Virus record (IMG/VR): IMGVR_UViG_3300028590_000001
DNA: 64,000 bases
Direction: 5' to 3' (one strand)
Source of the DNA: an uncultured virus (IMG/VR IMGVR_UViG_3300028590_000001)
Taxonomy: Duplodnaviria > Heunggongvirae > Uroviricota > Caudoviricetes
The translations under genes were made by a program, and so were the position numbers. How positions within the stretch are numbered: the first letter of the stretch is position 1; the number at the start of each line of letters is the position of its first letter. Of this stretch, positions 29,597 through 39,990 are shown piece by piece. The notes beneath the pieces were generated by a model. The model was not told where the DNA came from and made no database searches. It worked only from the letters and a program-made list of their open reading frames with translations.

Positions 29597-30293
29597 ATGG
29601 ACAACACTGCCTACCCGGCCCGGCTGCTGCTGATGCCGGGAACGATCATCCCCCGCCCGCACCAGATTCCGGGCATGGAATACGAGTTCTACGACACGCT
29701 GGAAATCCTGGACGGATACCCCGGCAACTGGCTGGCGCTGGCCCGCGCAGGCCGGGAAAGCCACGTGTACCGCATCGGCGACTACGCCGGTAACACGCTG
29801 AGGGCAGAGCGGGTCGGTGTTCGCTGATGTCCTGGGCACAGACACGCGTTGCCTTCTGCGGCGCGCCCCACGGTGCGCGCCCGTGCCCCGGCCACGTGCT
29901 GCGGGTGACCACGCACACCGCGACGGATCGTGTGGTCGTGGCGCTGGACGGCGTGGAATTGGTGATGCACCCGGATGTGTTCGCGGTGCTGCGCGCCATG
30001 GTGGACGCCGCGTGAGCGCGCATGCGTTGGGGGCCATCCACCGGGTGCGCGCACGGAACTTCACCGTGGCGGTGTACGCCGGGGCGGGCACGGACGGCAT
30101 CGGCCGGTGGATAGGTATACGGCGGAAATACGCCCGCCTGTATCTGGATATGGAGTGGGAAGTGCCTCCGTCAGGCAGAGGCGGCAGCGTCGAATCCGTG
30201 GGCGAATACCTGGGCATGCTGCCGCCCGACGTCACCGTCGACACCCGCCCCGACAACACCCTCTTGTTCGACATCCTGAACGTGCTGCACTGA
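29597..30293 (+). CDS. Three small hypothetical genes (29597-29827, 29827-30015, 30012-30293)
   Basis: RBS GAAAGGA; coupled overlaps. Confidence 0.55.
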
Positions 30294-30356
30294 CGGGGTT
30301 GCATAAGGCACGGAACACGTGCTAAGGTGATCTCACACCAACCGAAAGGACACGAA

Positions 30357-30539
30357 ATGTCGAACTCCACCGCCCCGGCCCTCTCCGCGCAGGCCGAGCG
30401 CTACGCCGCCCGCATCGCGGAGTGGTCGGCGGAATCGCTGCTGGACTCCTTGGCGCACATCGCACGCCAGAACAAATACGGCGAAAACGACGAGCAGATG
30501 CAGGTGATCCGCGCCGAGGTTCTGCGCCGCATGCGCTGA
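30357..30539 (+). CDS. Hypothetical protein
   Basis: Motif promoter 30299-30328; RBS GAAAGGA. Confidence 0.7.
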   Translation: MSNSTAPALSAQAERYAARIAEWSAESLLDSLAHIARQNKYGENDEQMQVIRAEVLRRMR

Positions 30540-30574
30540 TCCACCCGGCCGGGGCCTACGGGCTCCGGCCACCC

Positions 30575-30642
30575 GGGGCGTCCGACTGGACGATGGGCCT
30601 GCTACTCCCCAGCAGGCGGAGGTTCGATTCCTCCACGCCCCA
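30575..30642 (+). ncRNA. Atypical tRNA-like element
   Basis: 7-bp acceptor GGGGCGT/ACGCCCC, T arm GGAGG-TTCGATT-CCTCC, CCTGCT/AGCAGG arm; no canonical D stem. Confidence 0.55.
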
Positions 30643-30673
30643 CGCACACACCATCAACCGAAAGGACACCACC

Positions 30674-31078
30674 ATGGGAGACCGCGCCAACATCTACTTC
30701 GTAGACCGTGACTCCATCACCGACGACACCATCGGCATCTACCTGTACACGCACTGGAACGGTAGCGAGTGGCCGGAGATGCTGCGGGCGGCACTCAAGG
30801 CCGACATGGCGCAACGGCGCTGGAGCGATGAGTCGTACCTGCTGCGCATTCTGGTGGATCAGGTATTCAAGGACGTCCGGGACTCGGAGACCGGCGGCGG
30901 CATCGGCACCACGCGGACGCGTGGGGAGTACCCCGTCATCGTGGTGGACGCCGCGCGCCGCCAGGTCGGGTTCGCCGAGGAGGGCCGCGAGAACAACCGC
31001 AGCAGCTGGCAGGCCATGGTCAGCTACGAAGACTTCGTGGCCCAGGAACGCGCCGACTACCCGAAGGACATGCTGTGA
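30674..31078 (+). CDS. Conserved phage hypothetical protein
   Basis: MGDRANI...IYLYTHWNG...RWSDESYLLRI; RBS GAAAGGA. Confidence 0.75.
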   Translation: MGDRANIYFVDRDSITDDTIGIYLYTHWNGSEWPEMLRAALKADMAQRRWSDESYLLRILVDQVFKDVRDSETGGGIGTTRTRGEYPVIVVDAARRQVGFAEEGRENNRSSWQAMVSYEDFVAQERADYPKDML

Positions 31079-32175
31079 ACACGCATCCCCTGACCCCCAC
31101 CGTCACGCCGAACGACATCCACCGCGATCACCGTGGCTGGGTCATCCGTGCGGGCTGCGTGGTGGACGGCTTCCCCGGCGAAGTCGAGATCATCAGCAAC
31201 GCCGAGAACCGCCGCTACAACAGCGCCGTCGTGTCGGTGTTCGATTCCGCCCGGATGACCTGGATGTCGGTGTACATCATGCCGGGGCAGCACGTGCAGA
31301 ACCTGCCGGTGCTCCCCGACGCCGACGCCAGCATGGCCGAGCTGAACCGGCTGGCCGAATACCTGCACCAGACGGCCACGTTCATTCTCACCACGGCGCG
31401 CACGCGACAGGCAGAGGTGGACGCCGAGGCGGCCATCACCGTAGACCGTTTGAAGTCCCAGGCGTATCGCCAGTGGGCGGCAGCCGAGAGGGCCGCCGCG
31501 CAGTACACCGACGCCGGAGACATCACCGTGGGCGACACGCAGGTGCCCGTCAGCGTCAAGACCGAGGAGGCCGACGATGTCCCCGATCAGTAACTGGCCG
31601 CCGCTGATCAATGCCCTGGTCCACATCGTGGAGCATCCCGAGGACTACGACCAGACCGTCTGGAAGTGCGGCACCACGCACTGTGTAGCGGGGTGGATTA
31701 CCCAGCTGGCGGGGTGGAATTGGATCAACAACGTCCACGTCATGCCTCCCGGGCATAGCGATCCCGACGACTCCATGGGCGTCGGCGATGCCGCCTTCCA
31801 GATTCTGGGTGTCCCCGTCAACGACGTCGAAGACTCCGAGTGGATGGAACTCGACTACGGGCTGTTCGGTGCGGATCGGCCGTGGTTCGCCATCCTGGAC
31901 ATGGTGTTCCGCATGGCTCTGGAAGACGGCATCAAGTTCCCCGGCGCGCTGGTGGGCGAACTCATCAACGTAGGCGTGCTCGATCCCGTCGAGCACCAGA
32001 CGCTCTTGGAAGGACTCCGCGCATGATCGACATCCTGTTGGCGTTGCTGCTGGGCGTGCTGCCCATCGACCCGATCCGCCCGGCTCCGGCGCTGGTGGCA
32101 CCGGAAGGCACCGTGCGCACCATCCCCGACCCGCTGCCCTACGTGCTGGACGAGCTGTACTGGGGTGCCCGGTGA
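31075..32175 (+). CDS. Hypothetical genes 31075-31593, 31577-32026 (WKCGTTHCVAGW) and 32023-32175
   Basis: Overlapping starts and stops, RBS-like sites. Confidence 0.6.
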
Positions 32176-32391
32176 TGATGGCCTCAGAACTGATCGCCAG
32201 CCTGAGGCGCATGGTCGAGTACTACGGCGACCACAAGGTGGAACTCGGCAACAGCACCGCAGACAGCGTGATGCTGTACGACGTTCCCGGGGTCATCGTC
32301 ATCAGTACGCAGACCTTCCAACCTCGCTAATATCGCAGCCAGCCCCGGACGCGGCCATACCCACAGCCGCCGCGTCCGGGGCCTTCCCTTG

Positions 32392-34017
32392 TCAGCCGAC
32401 CTTACGGGCCAGCCACGCGGGGGCTTGCCGGGTGCTTTCGGCGGCCGGGGTAGCCAGCGTGGCCACGTTGCCCCGCACCTTGGCGAGGTGGTCGTGGGCA
32501 ATCACCGACGCGGCCACACGGTCGGGCTGGTGCTGCCCGACTTGCCACTGCCGTGCCTGCGACTCCATGACGGACAGTTCTTCCCCCAGAACAGCGCAGG
32601 TGCCCGTCTCCACGGCCTGCCGGAGCATGCCGCTGCGAGCCACCGCGTCGCCGGTCTCGTACCACTTGCGTACCCGGTAGAGCAGCTGCTCCAGGTGGGC
32701 GCGCACCTGCGGGGACAGACCGGGCCGGGGGACACCAGGACTGATCCACAGCCTGTCCAAGATGTTCCGCTTGACCACGTTGATGTACGTCAGCCCAGCG
32801 GTGTACGCCTCCACCACGATGTCGGTAGCCCAGGTCTCGAGGGCGAGGTCCACCGCTGCCGCCGCCCACTGGTCGGACGTCATCTGCGCGGATCGGTCGT
32901 GCGTCAGCAGCACCCGGCCGTCCGCCAGCAAGGCCGCACCGATCACGCCTGCCTCGTCACCTTCGCCGGACTCGGCCGGGTCCACCGCGACGATGCGGAC
33001 CAGCGTCCGATCGGGCATCTCGGCTACGCGGTGGTCATCGAACCACTGCCCCGAGAACAGGCCGCCCTCCGGCACGATGGGGCTGCCCTGGAACAGCGCG
33101 TTCCACACGCGCTTGCCCACGCTGCGCTCGATCTCTTCCCAGTCGGCGGCGGTACGTCCGCGCGCACTCTCCAACGGCGTACCGTGCTCACGGCCCAGGG
33201 CGTCGGGCAGGTCGCGGTGCCGTACCGCCGGAATGCTCAGGTAGCGCCAGGTGCGCTGTTCCGCCGGTAGCGCGCGCTGCTCCTTGAGGATGGTCGCCGC
33301 GAGGTCGTCCGGGTGCCACCGGGTCTGGATCAGGATGGTGGACGCGCCCGGCGCGAGACGGGTCCGCGCGACAGACCGGTACCACGTATCCACCTTGTGC
33401 CGGATGGCCGCGCTGTCGGCCTCCTGCATGTTCTTGTAGGGATCGTCGATGATCAGTAGGTCGGCCCGGCGGCCGGTGATGCTGGCGTCGCGGCCCGCTG
33501 CCACCAGACCGCCGCCCTCCATGATGCGCCAGTTGGCCGTCGCGCTCTTGGCCGGATGAAGCTGATAGCCCAGCCGGTCCACCAGCGGCGCACCGGTGAG
33601 GGCGTCCACCGCGCCGGTGCCGAACTCCTCGATGAACGCCTTCGCCAGGCCGGAATGTTCTTCGGCCAGGCCGTCCGCGTAGGTGAGCAGCATGATGCGC
33701 CACTCCGGGTGCAGCTGGAGCGCGCGCAGGGGCGTCCACACCGCGCAGAGGTAGGACTTGAACTCCTGCGGCGGCGCGGTGACCAGCAAGTTCCGCCCGC
33801 GCCCGCGCAGTACTTGCTCCACCGCGCGGGACACCATTTCCACCGCTGGAGTGATGGTGTAGGTCGGCGTGCACAGCTTGGCCAGGTCCGCTGGGTGCTG
33901 GGCTGCGCGCTGGACCGCCTGCCGGGCACGCTCTGCTCGGATGCGCGCCATGACGGCGGCGATCCGGGGATGCTCCCACTCCTCGATTGTGGAACGGATC
34001 TGTTCCAAACTGGTCAT
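32392..34017 (-). CDS. terL: Terminase large subunit
   Basis: Walker A-like APPQEFKS, Walker B LLIIDDP, IQTRWHPDDL, nuclease AVDPA, C-terminal PDRV. Confidence 0.92.
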   Translation of the reverse strand: MTSLEQIRSTIEEWEHPRIAAVMARIRAERARQAVQRAAQHPADLAKLCTPTYTITPAVEMVSRAVEQVLRGRGRNLLVTAPPQEFKSYLCAVWTPLRALQLHPEWRIMLLTYADGLAEEHSGLAKAFIEEFGTGAVDALTGAPLVDRLGYQLHPAKSATANWRIMEGGGLVAAGRDASITGRRADLLIIDDPYKNMQEADSAAIRHKVDTWYRSVARTRLAPGASTILIQTRWHPDDLAATILKEQRALPAEQRTWRYLSIPAVRHRDLPDALGREHGTPLESARGRTAADWEEIERSVGKRVWNALFQGSPIVPEGGLFSGQWFDDHRVAEMPDRTLVRIVAVDPAESGEGDEAGVIGAALLADGRVLLTHDRSAQMTSDQWAAAAVDLALETWATDIVVEAYTAGLTYINVVKRNILDRLWISPGVPRPGLSPQVRAHLEQLLYRVRKWYETGDAVARSGMLRQAVETGTCAVLGEELSVMESQARQWQVGQHQPDRVAASVIAHDHLAKVRGNVATLATPAAESTRQAPAWLARKVG

Positions 34018-34021
34018 AGCG

Positions 34022-34753
34022 CTACTCCTCGATCGAATTCACCGCGTCCGCAAGGGCCTGGTTCAGACCCTCGTTGATGTAGGCCGCACCGTGTCGCCCG
34101 TCGAACAAGTACCCCCGCGCGTAGGCCAGCGCCCCGTTCCAGGTCCGCCAGTTGGCCGGGTTCCACCACGGCTGAAACCGCCGGGTGACCACCGCGTCGA
34201 GCACCTTGCTGCCCCACAGCAGCACGTCGTTCGGGGTGCGGACGGACATCCACTCCACGATGGGCGGCAGCGTACGCAGCGGGTTGCCCACCGGCAACGC
34301 GGTGATGGGGTCACCGATGGCCGCTGCCCACCACACAGGGAAGTCCTCGTCGTTGATGTGCCGCTCCCCCAGAATGCCGTATCCCTCGGTCGGCGCGGTG
34401 CGGATGCGCCCACCGACCGGGCGCGCACCATCGGCGATGAGCGCCACACCCGCCAGCTCGAGTTCCGGGTGCAGGCCGTCGCCGATCTCGGCGGCGAGGT
34501 CGCCCGCGATTACCGCGCCCTGACTGTAGCCGCCGATGACGGCGAGGTTCGGCGTCGCGCGCACGGCTTCGCGCAGGGCGGTCTTGCCCATCTCCACCGA
34601 TTCCCGGTACGACATGCGCTGCCCGAATTCCGCCGGGTAGGGCACGATCACCGGCCGGAAGCGCCGCGTGTCCAGCCGCGCCAGGAAGTCTTCCGTCACG
34701 CCGTCACCGCCGTGCGGCCAGCCGGTGCCGGGCAGCATGAATACGTCGATCAT
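34022..34753 (-). CDS. lysB: Lysin B (cutinase-like mycolylarabinogalactan esterase)
   Basis: PGTG, YPA, GGYSQGA nucleophile elbow, GDPIT, late His. Confidence 0.8.
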   Translation of the reverse strand: MIDVFMLPGTGWPHGGDGVTEDFLARLDTRRFRPVIVPYPAEFGQRMSYRESVEMGKTALREAVRATPNLAVIGGYSQGAVIAGDLAAEIGDGLHPELELAGVALIADGARPVGGRIRTAPTEGYGILGERHINDEDFPVWWAAAIGDPITALPVGNPLRTLPPIVEWMSVRTPNDVLLWGSKVLDAVVTRRFQPWWNPANWRTWNGALAYARGYLFDGRHGAAYINEGLNQALADAVNSIEE

Positions 34754-35541
34754 CAGGACTCCTCGTGGGGTAGATGCGGGTGCCCGCCGTGGCGCTTGCG
34801 CACCGCCAGGACGACTTCGGGGGTTTTGCGCCGGGGGTTCCGCCGGACCAGGCCCGGCCACGCGGCCAGCAGCTGCTGGACCGCAGCCTCTTCCGCCGCG
34901 TGGCTGCGGTACGCCGCCACCCCGCCGGGGGTGTAGTGATCCGCCTTGACGGCCACGCCGTCCGCCCGCAGAACGGCACCGTCGTACCAGTAGTGCCGCA
35001 GGCTGGCTTCGTAGTCCTCTTTCAGGGTGACGGTCATGTCGTGGACGGGGTGCCCCGGCCGGGTGATCTGCCCGATGAACGTGCCGATCAGGAACCGCAG
35101 CCCCTCGGTCCAGCGGTTCTCGGTGAGGAAGAAGTGGTTCGGCACCGGCGCGACGCCCCACGCATGCAGCCCAGCGGCCTCCGTCCGGCGGAAGCCCTCC
35201 CGGATGAAGGCGTTCAGGTTGCGCACGGGAAACAACTTCTTGCCGTGCACCTGCTCCAACTGGTGCACGTCGTCGTCCATCTGGAGCAGGCGGGTACCGG
35301 CCGGGTACACCAGCCTGATGATGTCCTGCCGGACCGCGTGGATGCCCTTGCTGGGGAGCACGATGTACTGGACGCCGAACTCCTTCGCCGTCTGGATGGT
35401 GCCGTCCAGCTGTGGGTCGTGCCCGCTGGCCACCACGGTGACCTGCCGGGGCGGAACGCCGCCGTTGGCCAGCGTGGACAGCGTGCGCCGGGCGAGCACG
35501 TCCGGCCGGTTGAACGTGGGCACAGCCACCTGGTAGGTCAT
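34753..35541 (-). CDS. GT-A glycosyltransferase, GREB1/TAGT-like
   Basis: VAVPTFNR N-terminus, QMDDDV DxD motif, KEDYE, GG motif; adjacent to a TET/JBP-like gene. Confidence 0.75.
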   Translation of the reverse strand: MTYQVAVPTFNRPDVLARRTLSTLANGGVPPRQVTVVASGHDPQLDGTIQTAKEFGVQYIVLPSKGIHAVRQDIIRLVYPAGTRLLQMDDDVHQLEQVHGKKLFPVRNLNAFIREGFRRTEAAGLHAWGVAPVPNHFFLTENRWTEGLRFLIGTFIGQITRPGHPVHDMTVTLKEDYEASLRHYWYDGAVLRADGVAVKADHYTPGGVAAYRSHAAEEAAVQQLLAAWPGLVRRNPRRKTPEVVLAVRKRHGGHPHLPHEES

Positions 35542-36482
35542 ATCGGCTTGCTCCAGGTCGAGTTTTCGCGGGCACCCCCGGCGCGGTGCGCCTTGCCCTT
35601 GTGGGGGTTTTCCAATGATCCCGGAATCGCCGTGTCTCCGGCAGCCAGCCGGGCAGCCATGTCAGCCTCCCGCGCGGTGCGCGCGACGGCCCCTTGTGCC
35701 AGCTCTTGCGCGTACTCCAGGCAGGTCTTCATGCCCTTGAGCGCGTAGTACACCACGCTGATGCGGTAGCCCTCGCCCGCCTTGACCCGCTCCAGCGGGG
35801 TGACGCCGTGGAGCAGCCGCTCGCCGGGGAACAGGATCACGGTGCTGTCGGCACAGGGCAGCACGGCGTCGTACTCCGGCAGGTGCAGGTGCCCGCCGCG
35901 CACGCCCCGGCGCACCACCGGCATGGCGCTCCAGGTGGAGAAGTTGAACCGGTCGCGGTGGTAGGGCAGCTGCGCCGTGTCGTTGACGACGCCGCTCGTC
36001 CAGAGCTTGGCCTCGCCGAAGCGCCACTCGGTGCGGACCTCGGCCAAGCGCGCCGTGTCCGCCGGAGCGATGGTCGGGTCGATGACGTCCAGCATCCCGG
36101 AGAACTGATCGGCGTACGCCTCCAGCAGCCGCTCGATGCCGGGCTGCTCGTTGGCCAGGCTGGTGATGCCGCAGCTCTCCCGGAAGTGCGTGGCCCTACG
36201 GGGGCGGTAGCCGAACGTCCGGCTGCGGCTGGCGTAGTTGTTGGCCCGACCCACGCTGGCGATCTCGATCTGGAGTACCGCCCGGCGGAAAGCCGCTGCC
36301 TGCTCCAGGGGGAACACCGCCAGCACGGGCGCGCCGGTGTCGGCGTCGTGCACGACGTACGCGCCCGTGCGCCCGGTGGGCAGCGTAGGCACCAGCGCAG
36401 GCACCCGCTGCCCGTTCATCTGCTCGGCGGTGTCGTAGTCCAGCACGCGCGGCAGTGTCAGCCGCTCAGGCGTCGGCGTCAT
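35538..36482 (-). CDS. 2OG-Fe(II) dioxygenase, TET/JBP-like
   Basis: N..LPYHRD..N (HxD), GGHLHLPEY, LHGVTP (distal His), RISVVYY (2OG-binding Arg). Confidence 0.82.
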   Translation of the reverse strand: MTPTPERLTLPRVLDYDTAEQMNGQRVPALVPTLPTGRTGAYVVHDADTGAPVLAVFPLEQAAAFRRAVLQIEIASVGRANNYASRSRTFGYRPRRATHFRESCGITSLANEQPGIERLLEAYADQFSGMLDVIDPTIAPADTARLAEVRTEWRFGEAKLWTSGVVNDTAQLPYHRDRFNFSTWSAMPVVRRGVRGGHLHLPEYDAVLPCADSTVILFPGERLLHGVTPLERVKAGEGYRISVVYYALKGMKTCLEYAQELAQGAVARTAREADMAARLAAGDTAIPGSLENPHKGKAHRAGGARENSTWSKPI

Positions 36483-37164
36483 GATCCTCCTCGGTGTCCT
36501 CGGAGGGCTCCGGCGCGGTCTCACCACACCACTGCTCGATCAGCAGCTTGATGGCGTCGGAGTTGGTCTCCAGCTCGTGTTCCTTGCGGAACTCACCGAG
36601 TTTGTTCTGCATCCAGATGAACTGGTTGATGGGGTATTGCAGCACGACCACGCGGGTGGACACGTCGGAGTAGCGCTCGGCCTTGTCACCGATGTCCACG
36701 TTGTTGATCAGACCGTCTTCGGGGCCGCCGACCATCTCCTCGATGCCCGCCATCAGGTCGGACAGGTCGTCCTCGGTGTAGCCGGTGCCGGTCAGATCCC
36801 CCAGATCGCCCAGGAGTTCGCTCAGGACGACGTTGTCGTACCCGCCCAGCTCGGGGGAGCGGTTGTCCACCAGGACGATGCGGGCGGCGCGGTCGTCGTC
36901 GACGTCGATCACGTACGCGGCCAGCATCCCCCACGCCGGGTTGTCAGGCTCGGCCTCCCGCAGGTCCCGGAACGCCTTGACCGTGTGGTTGCCCGCCAGC
37001 ACTTCCATCGGGCGGCCGGTGTGCGTGCCCCGGTTGACCACCACCGGCTTGTACTGCCCATGGGCGCGCAGACTGTCGGCGATGGCCTTGACGTTACCGA
37101 GCCGGGGGTTCTTGTGGTACAGCGCGACGGACGCGGGGGTGAGATGTACGAGTTCGGATTCCAT
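36466..37164 (-). CDS. ParB-like N-terminal domain protein
   Basis: NPR, IADSLRAHGQYKPVVV, LAGNHT and LVDNR motifs. Confidence 0.85.
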   Translation of the reverse strand: MESELVHLTPASVALYHKNPRLGNVKAIADSLRAHGQYKPVVVNRGTHTGRPMEVLAGNHTVKAFRDLREAEPDNPAWGMLAAYVIDVDDDRAARIVLVDNRSPELGGYDNVVLSELLGDLGDLTGTGYTEDDLSDLMAGIEEMVGGPEDGLINNVDIGDKAERYSDVSTRVVVLQYPINQFIWMQNKLGEFRKEHELETNSDAIKLLIEQWCGETAPEPSEDTEEDHDADA

Positions 37165-37221
37165 ATCCGAAGAATAGCCGCAACCCGTGCGGTGTACAGG
37201 TGCCCGACCAGTCTGGCGATG

Positions 37222-37294
37222 CTGGCCTGCCAGGACTCGAACCCGGAACCCGCCGCTTTGGAGACGGCTGCTCTACCACTTGAGCTACAGACCA
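37222..37294 (-). tRNA. trnW: tRNA-Trp (CCA); 3' CCA not encoded
   Basis: TGGTCTG/CAGGCCA acceptor, D arm GCTCAAGTGGTAGAGC, anticodon loop CTCCAAA, T arm CCGGGTTCGAGTCCTGG. Confidence 0.92.
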
Positions 37295-37536
37295 TAGGCC
37301 GAAGGCCCCCGTCGTGACGAAGCGAATCGGGGGCCTTCGGTTGATCCTTTGGAATTGCTGCTCTCACCGTCAGGGGGATCAGGCCCCGGTGAGCGGCTCC
37401 GTCCCTATTCCGACATTCAGGACGGTCTGGATTTTCTTCGTACGTACACCCCGAAGGGCAGTGACGAGAGGTCGGTAACCCGAGACGCCTACAGCATATC
37501 ACACGTGATCCGTGCTGCGCCACTCGCGGTCGTAGT

Positions 37537-39540
37537 TCAGCGGGTCTTCCCTTCGAGGCGGGGTGCGATGCGGTAGGCGACCAGTTCGTACATCTTGATG
37601 GTGACCAGCCAGTGCTGGGAGTGCTCGGTTCCGATCTCGGACACCCAGCGCAGGAGGGTGACGCCGATCAGCAGGTTGATGCAGTTCGTGATGGTCAGCG
37701 CGGTGAGAACCCAGATCATGACGCCCCCGGATGCATGCGCATACACGGAAACGACGTGATGGTGATGGTGTCGCCGGGCTTCATCACCGCCGTGATGTTC
37801 TGGTGCACTTCGTCCAGGACCAGCAGGCTGATCGGACACCCGTCGCTCCACACGGACACGCAGTAGACGCCGTGGCGGTCGGCGTAGAAGGTGAGACCTT
37901 CCTCGTCGGCGAAGGTCTCCCGCGTAACCCGAGTCTCCAGGGCCACCACGTTGTTCTGATAGTCGGCACCGGGCTCACCACGGTGCAACCGCAGGGTGAT
38001 CACGCCGCCCAGCAGTTCGTCTGCGAACTGCTGGAGCCGCTTGCGCGCGAACGCGGACAGGGCCTCAGGCATCGGGTGCCTCCTTCGGGGTGGGCGGACG
38101 CGGGTACAGGCGGCGGACGTTGTCCACCACGGTGGTGAGGCTGAACGCCGCGCGGGACAGCGCGTCGTAGCGCGCCAGCCCCGCCGAATGGCTGGGCGAG
38201 CCCTGCGGCGACAGCAGAGCCTGCCGCCGGGCGCTCTGGGCGTCGGCCACGAGACGGGTCACCACGTCGGCGATGGCCTGCTCGTAGGCGTCGCCGCGCG
38301 CCAGCATCGGGTCGGGCAGGTCACTGGAGGTCACGTCCATTCCCTCCATTCGGCATGGCACTCGTCGCAGATGTACTGGCCACCCTGCGCGTACATGGTC
38401 TCGCCCTCGGCGATGTGGGCCCCGCAGGCGTCACAGTGCCCGTCGAACCCGGCGGTGAACTCGGTACCCGAGTCTCCCCCGGGGTGGGCGAAGGGGTCAG
38501 GCATCGGCACGGCCTTCCTGGTAGTTGCGCACCGCCGCCACGGCGTCCGGGTGCGTGGACAGCGAGCAGGGCGCGAAGAACTGATCGCTCTTGCGGCACG
38601 GGACGAACCGCAGGTGGGTGACGCACACGGTGGGCAAGTCGTCGGTGATGTACGGCGGGTCCCAGGCGTCGGCGGGGTCATACACGGTGTCCATTCCCTT
38701 CCCGTGCGCGGTAGCAGTCCGTGCACACCTGATCGAAGTTGTCGTCGGTGTTGGTGACGAACATCGACGTACCAGCAGCGAAGCCGATGTCGCAGCCGTA
38801 GCAGGTGCCGTGGACGTTGGTGACGATCCACCCTTCCTTCGGCACCGGCGTGACCGGCTGCGCGGGCGCGTCCACGTCGAAGAACAGGGTGATGCGGTCG
38901 TCCTCGGCGTACACCCGCAGCCAGTCGTCGTAGAAGGGCTCGGCCCCGTGCATGTCGGTGTAGGCCACGCGCGCCGCGCTGACGGCCTTGAACAGCTCCT
39001 CGATGGCGGCCCCGTGGCTGCCGTAGGTGGCCCCCGGCACGTGCCAGGCGTGCCGGGTGCGCACCGTGGTGGTCCGCGTGTACGTGGCCACTACGCGACC
39101 TCGCCTTCGCGCTCGGCGACGGCCACTTGCACGCGTTCCAGCACGCCCCGCCGCGCCAGGTTCACACGGTCGATGACGAGCGCGCTGCCTTCCAGCACCT
39201 GGTACACCGTGGTGGTGCCGCCGGGTGCGCCCTGCACCGTGACGATGGAGAAGCGGCACTTGCTGTTGAGCGCGCTGCGCACCCCGATGACCAGGTTCGG
39301 GTCGAAGGCGACCTCGTAGCCGTCGAGGTCGGGAAAGCTGATCAGCAGCGGGGCGGTCTCGGGCACCGGCGTGAACGTCATACGTTCGCCGTTCTGTTCC
39401 GTCAGAACGGCGAGGGCCTGGTCCACCGTCCCCCGCAGCTCCAGCGGGTCTTCCGACCAGATGCCGGTCTTGATGGCCTGGATCATGCGCGTACGCAGCC
39501 ACTCGGCTGCCTCACGCGCGCTGGTGATGGTCACTACATG
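37537..39540 (-). CDS. Operon of about 7 small hypothetical genes (e.g. 37716-38072, 38497-38694, 38678-39091)
   Basis: Tightly coupled minus ORFs downstream of the motif promoter at 39575; several starts uncertain. Confidence 0.55.
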
Positions 39541-39759
39541 CCTCCCGTGATGGTGAGTTGGTAGGACCATCTTAGCACGTGATCCGTGCTATGTCACGCC
39601 TTACGCGCATGTTGCCGCAGCCAGCGCTCCAGCGGAATCGACAGCACGAACGGCAGGTAGTCAGGCTCGCCGTGGTGGTCGTGGTGCTCGTAGATGTAGG
39701 CCATCAGCTCGTCGGCGGGCACGGTCATGCCGCGCAGCTCCGGGTACAGGTCGGTCATG

Positions 39760-39990
39760 TCATCCCTTGCGGTAGCGGCCGGTGACCACAGCGGCCACCA
39801 GTTCGGGCGAGCAGCCCACAGCGGCGGCCAGCGCCCTGTACGACCAGCGTTCCGGGTCGCTGGCGCGCAGCTCCCGGATGAGCGCATTCCGTGCTGACCG
39901 TTCACGGTCGGCTTGTTGCTCACACGCAAGACTGGCCCGGTGGTGAGACCGGGCCAGTGCAGCGCGTGAATCAGAGGTCGCCACGGGCAA
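39760..39990 (-). CDS. Small HTH protein downstream of Ro60 (start uncertain)
   Basis: RNALIRELR...WSYRALAAAVGCSPELVAAV helix-turn-helix-like segment. Confidence 0.5.
   Translation of the reverse strand: MPVATSDSRAALARSHHRASLACEQQADRERSARNALIRELRASDPERWSYRALAAAVGCSPELVAAVVTGRYRKG

Noticed and set aside
37222..37294. tRNA as attP or prophage boundary
   Set aside because: No integrase or flanking host genes in the window; the tRNA appears to be a complete phage gene.
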